NCBI GenBank assembly: GCA_963845065.1
Contig: CAWJQQ010000008.1
Span: forward strand, 288,001-352,000
From: Nitrospirota bacterium
GTDB lineage: Bacteria; Nitrospirota; UBA9217
Direction: 5' to 3'
Length of the DNA: 64,000 nt
The translations under genes and the position numbers were made by a program. The notes under the pieces were generated by a model that was not told where the DNA came from, searched no databases, and saw only the letters and a list, made by a program, of their open reading frames with translations. Of this stretch, positions 60,963 through 64,000 are shown piece by piece; positions within the stretch are counted from its first letter, which is position 1; each line of letters opens with the position of its first letter.

Positions 60963-61238
60963 TTATACCGGTGGAGCGCGGGTTTCAGCAGTGGAGAGAA
61001 GAACGTTAGGCAGAGTCCACGAAATATCGAGCTTCGAGGATGTTCTTATCCAGCCGACATTACAGTTAAAATCATCTGCACTGTTAAACGAGGTATAGAG
61101 CTGGTCATAGGCCCTGTAAATAGGGGAATCCTTGGGCAGTGTCTCATCTTCAACGGGGTAAAAGGCGGGTATAATCGCGACGATAAAAAGTATCGTTACA
61201 AAAAGAAGCGCAATTCTTTTTTGCATAATTTTACTCAT
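60963..61238 (-). CDS. Small TM/secreted leader protein ending in RAPP (candidate arrest peptide)
   Basis: N-terminal hydrophobic helix; C-terminus ...AETRAPPV*. Confidence 0.6.
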   Translation of the reverse strand: MSKIMQKRIALLFVTILFIVAIIPAFYPVEDETLPKDSPIYRAYDQLYTSFNSADDFNCNVGWIRTSSKLDISWTLPNVLLSTAETRAPPV

Positions 61239-61448
61239 AGTAAATTATACTGAGGAAGAAAATTATAGTCAATACTCATTTTCGGGAAAACCTGAACGCT
61301 GACCAATTCCCATAGTTAAAACGAGGGGCTTTCTGCGGATGATTTGGTAAACGGTTTGGAAGGCAGATAACATCAATGAACAACTATTTTTTTAAAGGTG
61401 CAAGAAGGATTTTATGCATATATTAGGAAGGAATGCTTCTGAACTGGT

Positions 61449-62648
61449 GTGATTACAATTTCTGCGGATGATTCACTAACGGACAAAAAAGACGTCATTG
61501 TCATCGGTGCCGGTGCAGGTGGCCTCCTGTGCGCAATCGAATGCGGCAAGCGAGGCCGCTCGGTGCTCGTGATGGATCACAATGACCGGGCAGGGGCGAA
61601 GGTCCGCATCTCCGGCGGCGGGCGGAGCAATTTTACGAACCTCAACATGACGGCGGATCACTATTTCTCACAAAACCCTCATTTCTGCAAATCCGCTCTT
61701 GCCCGGTTCACACCCCAGGACTTTCTATCCCTTGTTGAAAAGTATCATATCGCGTATTATGAAAAAGAAGCGGGCCAAATCTTCTGCGTCAGGAGCGCCC
61801 GCGAAATCATCGAAATGCTTGAGACGGAAGGTAAAAATGCCGGCGTTGAGATACGGCTCAAATGTTCTATCATGGATATAAAGCAAAATGAGCGTTTTCT
61901 GATCAAGACGAGCGAGGGGGTATTCTCGTCCGAGTCACTCGTCATCGCCACCGGCGGGCTATCGTACCCCAGCCTCGGTGCAAGCCGATTTGGCCATGAC
62001 GTTGCCCGGCAATTCGGTATCAAGGTCACCCAGATCAGGCCAGCCCTGGTTCCTTTCGTGTTCGCGGGGGAGGACCAGAAGCTCTTTAAGACCTTGGCGG
62101 GAGTTTCGCTTGATGCGGCAATATCCTGCGGCAGGAAACAATTTCGCGGAAACATTCTATTCACGCACCGCGGGTTGAGTGGTCCGGCAGCACTGCAGGC
62201 TTCACTCCATTGGGAATCGAAGGGGCTATTGAAGATTGATCTACTTCCTGATACTGATATCTTTGCTGCCTTCGTATCCAGGCGACAAAGCAGGGTAGAG
62301 ATGCGTAGCCTCCTTGCTGAATACATTCCAAAACGCTTTGTCCAAGTGTGGTGCGACCACAATCTCATTTTAAAGCCAATCAATGAATCGTCTGATAAGG
62401 AACTCAAAGAAATCGCGAACCAGTTGCATGCGTGGTCGGTCATCCCCAAAGGAACCGAGGGGTATGAAACAGCCGAGGTGACCGCGGGAGGCGTGAATAC
62501 AGATGCGCTCTCCTCAAAGACTATGGAAGCGAATGAGACACCAGGACTTTATTTTATCGGCGAGGTCGTTGACGTGACCGGAGAACTCGGGGGATACAAC
62601 CTTCACTGGGCCTGGGCATCGGGGTACGTTGCCGGGCAAAATGCGTGA
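61449..62648 (+). CDS. HI0933/YhiN family flavoprotein
   Basis: GAGAGG, ISGGGRSNFTN, ATGGLSYP, LFTHRGLSGP, GGYNLHWAWASG. Confidence 0.93.
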   Translation: MITISADDSLTDKKDVIVIGAGAGGLLCAIECGKRGRSVLVMDHNDRAGAKVRISGGGRSNFTNLNMTADHYFSQNPHFCKSALARFTPQDFLSLVEKYHIAYYEKEAGQIFCVRSAREIIEMLETEGKNAGVEIRLKCSIMDIKQNERFLIKTSEGVFSSESLVIATGGLSYPSLGASRFGHDVARQFGIKVTQIRPALVPFVFAGEDQKLFKTLAGVSLDAAISCGRKQFRGNILFTHRGLSGPAALQASLHWESKGLLKIDLLPDTDIFAAFVSRRQSRVEMRSLLAEYIPKRFVQVWCDHNLILKPINESSDKELKEIANQLHAWSVIPKGTEGYETAEVTAGGVNTDALSSKTMEANETPGLYFIGEVVDVTGELGGYNLHWAWASGYVAGQNA

Positions 62649-62981
62649 AGCGCTTTTCGGGAGACAAAAGTTCACAGGAGACGGTCATGTCATGTTTTTT
62701 TCTATCATGGAAAAACATCCACGATTGTCCGACAGAGGTTTATATTATTCAGTTGACCATCGAGGTCCCGCTGTCCATATAAGAGACTTTTGGTTGCTAT
62801 CTCTTGAAAACGGAAACCAAGTAAATTTCAGAAAAAACCTCAGAGACTGATCAAATTATTGCCATTTTCCTTAATATAACGCCTCAACCATCCAGCGAAC
62901 CTACGCAATCACATCATCGCGGCGTCCAGACGAACATTGCGGCCTGCAGTTCTGTGCTATGCTTATAAAAAAGAGCCTAGC

Positions 62982-63698
62982 ATGAACCGCAGAATCCTCG
63001 TCATCGAAGACGATAAAGACATTGCTGGCCTCGTGGAACTCCACCTTAGGGATTCGGGGTACGACGTAGTTGTGGCCCGCGACGGAATGTCCGGCCTCGA
63101 GGCAGCCCTTGCGAAAACATTCGACCTGATCATCCTTGACCTCTTGCTTCCGGTGATGGATGGGATGGAGATATGTCGCCGTGTACGGGCTCGTCCTTCG
63201 TACACGCCGATCTTGATGCTTACCTCACGCTCATCCGAGGTTGACCGCGTTCTCGGTCTTGAGATGGGTGCTGATGACTACCTGACCAAGCCATTCAGTA
63301 TTCCGGAGCTTCTGGCGCGGGTGAAAGCATTGTTCCGTCGCGAACAGGCGATCAGGTCTGAAGCTTCACCTGAATCACAAATAATAGAGGCTGGCCAACT
63401 TGTAATCGATGTGGGAAAACGTAAGGTTACGATCAACGGCAAAGAGATATCTCTGACTGCAAAGGAATTTGATCTCCTCCTGAAGTTTGTACGGCATCCC
63501 GGCCACGTCTATTCAAGGATCGAACTTCTTAATCAAGTTTGGGGATATGGGTACGAAGGTTATGAACATACGGTCAATTCCCACATTAACCGCCTGAGAG
63601 CCAAAATCGAGGAAGATCCTGCAAGTCCGCGCTATGTGCTGAGTGTTCGGGGAATAGGATACAAATTTACCGATCTTGACGAAATCAATAAAAGGTAG
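62982..63698 (+). CDS. OmpR-family response regulator
   Basis: [37 protein letters not shown]. Confidence 0.94.
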   Translation: MNRRILVIEDDKDIAGLVELHLRDSGYDVVVARDGMSGLEAALAKTFDLIILDLLLPVMDGMEICRRVRARPSYTPILMLTSRSSEVDRVLGLEMGADDYLTKPFSIPELLARVKALFRREQAIRSEASPESQIIEAGQLVIDVGKRKVTINGKEISLTAKEFDLLLKFVRHPGHVYSRIELLNQVWGYGYEGYEHTVNSHINRLRAKIEEDPASPRYVLSVRGIGYKFTDLDEINKR

Positions 63699-63701
63699 CG
63701 C

Positions 63702-64000
63702 ATGGTCAAAAATCTTTACAAGCGTCTGGCTGCCGTCTTACTTGCCCTGTTTCTCCTCATAGGCGTTCTGTACATTGCCCTGACGGTCTATACAACCCGC
63801 CTTTATTTCCAGGAGGTAAACCAGAAGCTTAACCGTATTTTGGCCCAGCATCTGGTCTCGGAAAACATCCTGCTCAAAGACGGTAGGGTCGATAATAAGG
63901 CCCTACAGAATATCTTTCACATGCTCATGGTTGTAAACCCGGTGATCGAGGTGTACCTTCTGGACACAAAGGGGACCATCTTGTCATATTCGGCGCCGCC
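63702..64000 (+). CDS. Probable cognate sensor kinase (N-terminal part, truncated by the window edge)
   Basis: MVKNLYKRLAAVLL... TM, then a periplasmic segment (FHMLMVVNPVIEVYLLD); starts 3 nt after the regulator. Confidence 0.75.
   Translation, partial: MVKNLYKRLAAVLLALFLLIGVLYIALTVYTTRLYFQEVNQKLNRILAQHLVSENILLKDGRVDNKALQNIFHMLMVVNPVIEVYLLDTKGTILSYSAP

Noticed and set aside
1..64000. CRISPR arrays, tRNA/rRNA genes, intact transposases, known riboswitches, Sec/Pyl readthrough
   Set aside because: None recognised by eye; covariance-model searches would be needed to exclude divergent RNAs

Overview
Chromosomal window from an anaerobic sulfur-cycling bacterium. The short DsrA, the DsrD and the DsrK look most like Nitrospirota/Thermodesulfovibrio-type proteins; this taxonomy is an inference. 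0-7 kb holds housekeeping genes: uvrC, an IMPase/FBPase, mglA, ispD, ispF, cysE and an OsmC-family gene. 8-20.6 kb is a dissimilatory sulfite reductase cluster: dsrABD, dsrN, a CxxC ORF, dsrC, a ferredoxin, dsrH/E/F-like genes, dsrTMKJOP and a second ferredoxin. No dsrL, apr, sat or qmo genes lie in the window. 20.7-28 kb holds SPFH/NfeD, rsmD, coaD, exported proteins and a TrmH methyltransferase. 28-43.4 kb is a dense signalling block, including a CbrX-CbrA-CbrB-like module. 44.5-60 kb is a locus headed by a sigma54 promoter that shows an old tandem duplication; it holds a USP-like gene, an MFS gene, two tatA copies, a TauE/TSUP transporter, TIGR02186, a USP, two MshEN-like/DUF202 membrane proteins, a kinase/regulator pair and an orphan PEP-synthase-like dikinase. 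The end holds a CpXC-type protein preceded by a RAPP-ending leader ORF, an HI0933 flavoprotein and an OmpR-type pair. The most novel candidate is the tandem gene pair at 51621-54549: it carries five DUF202-like modules with Arg at an exact 7-residue period, which suggests a pentameric, VTC-like anion channel. Family assignments come from motif recognition only; no database searches were run.
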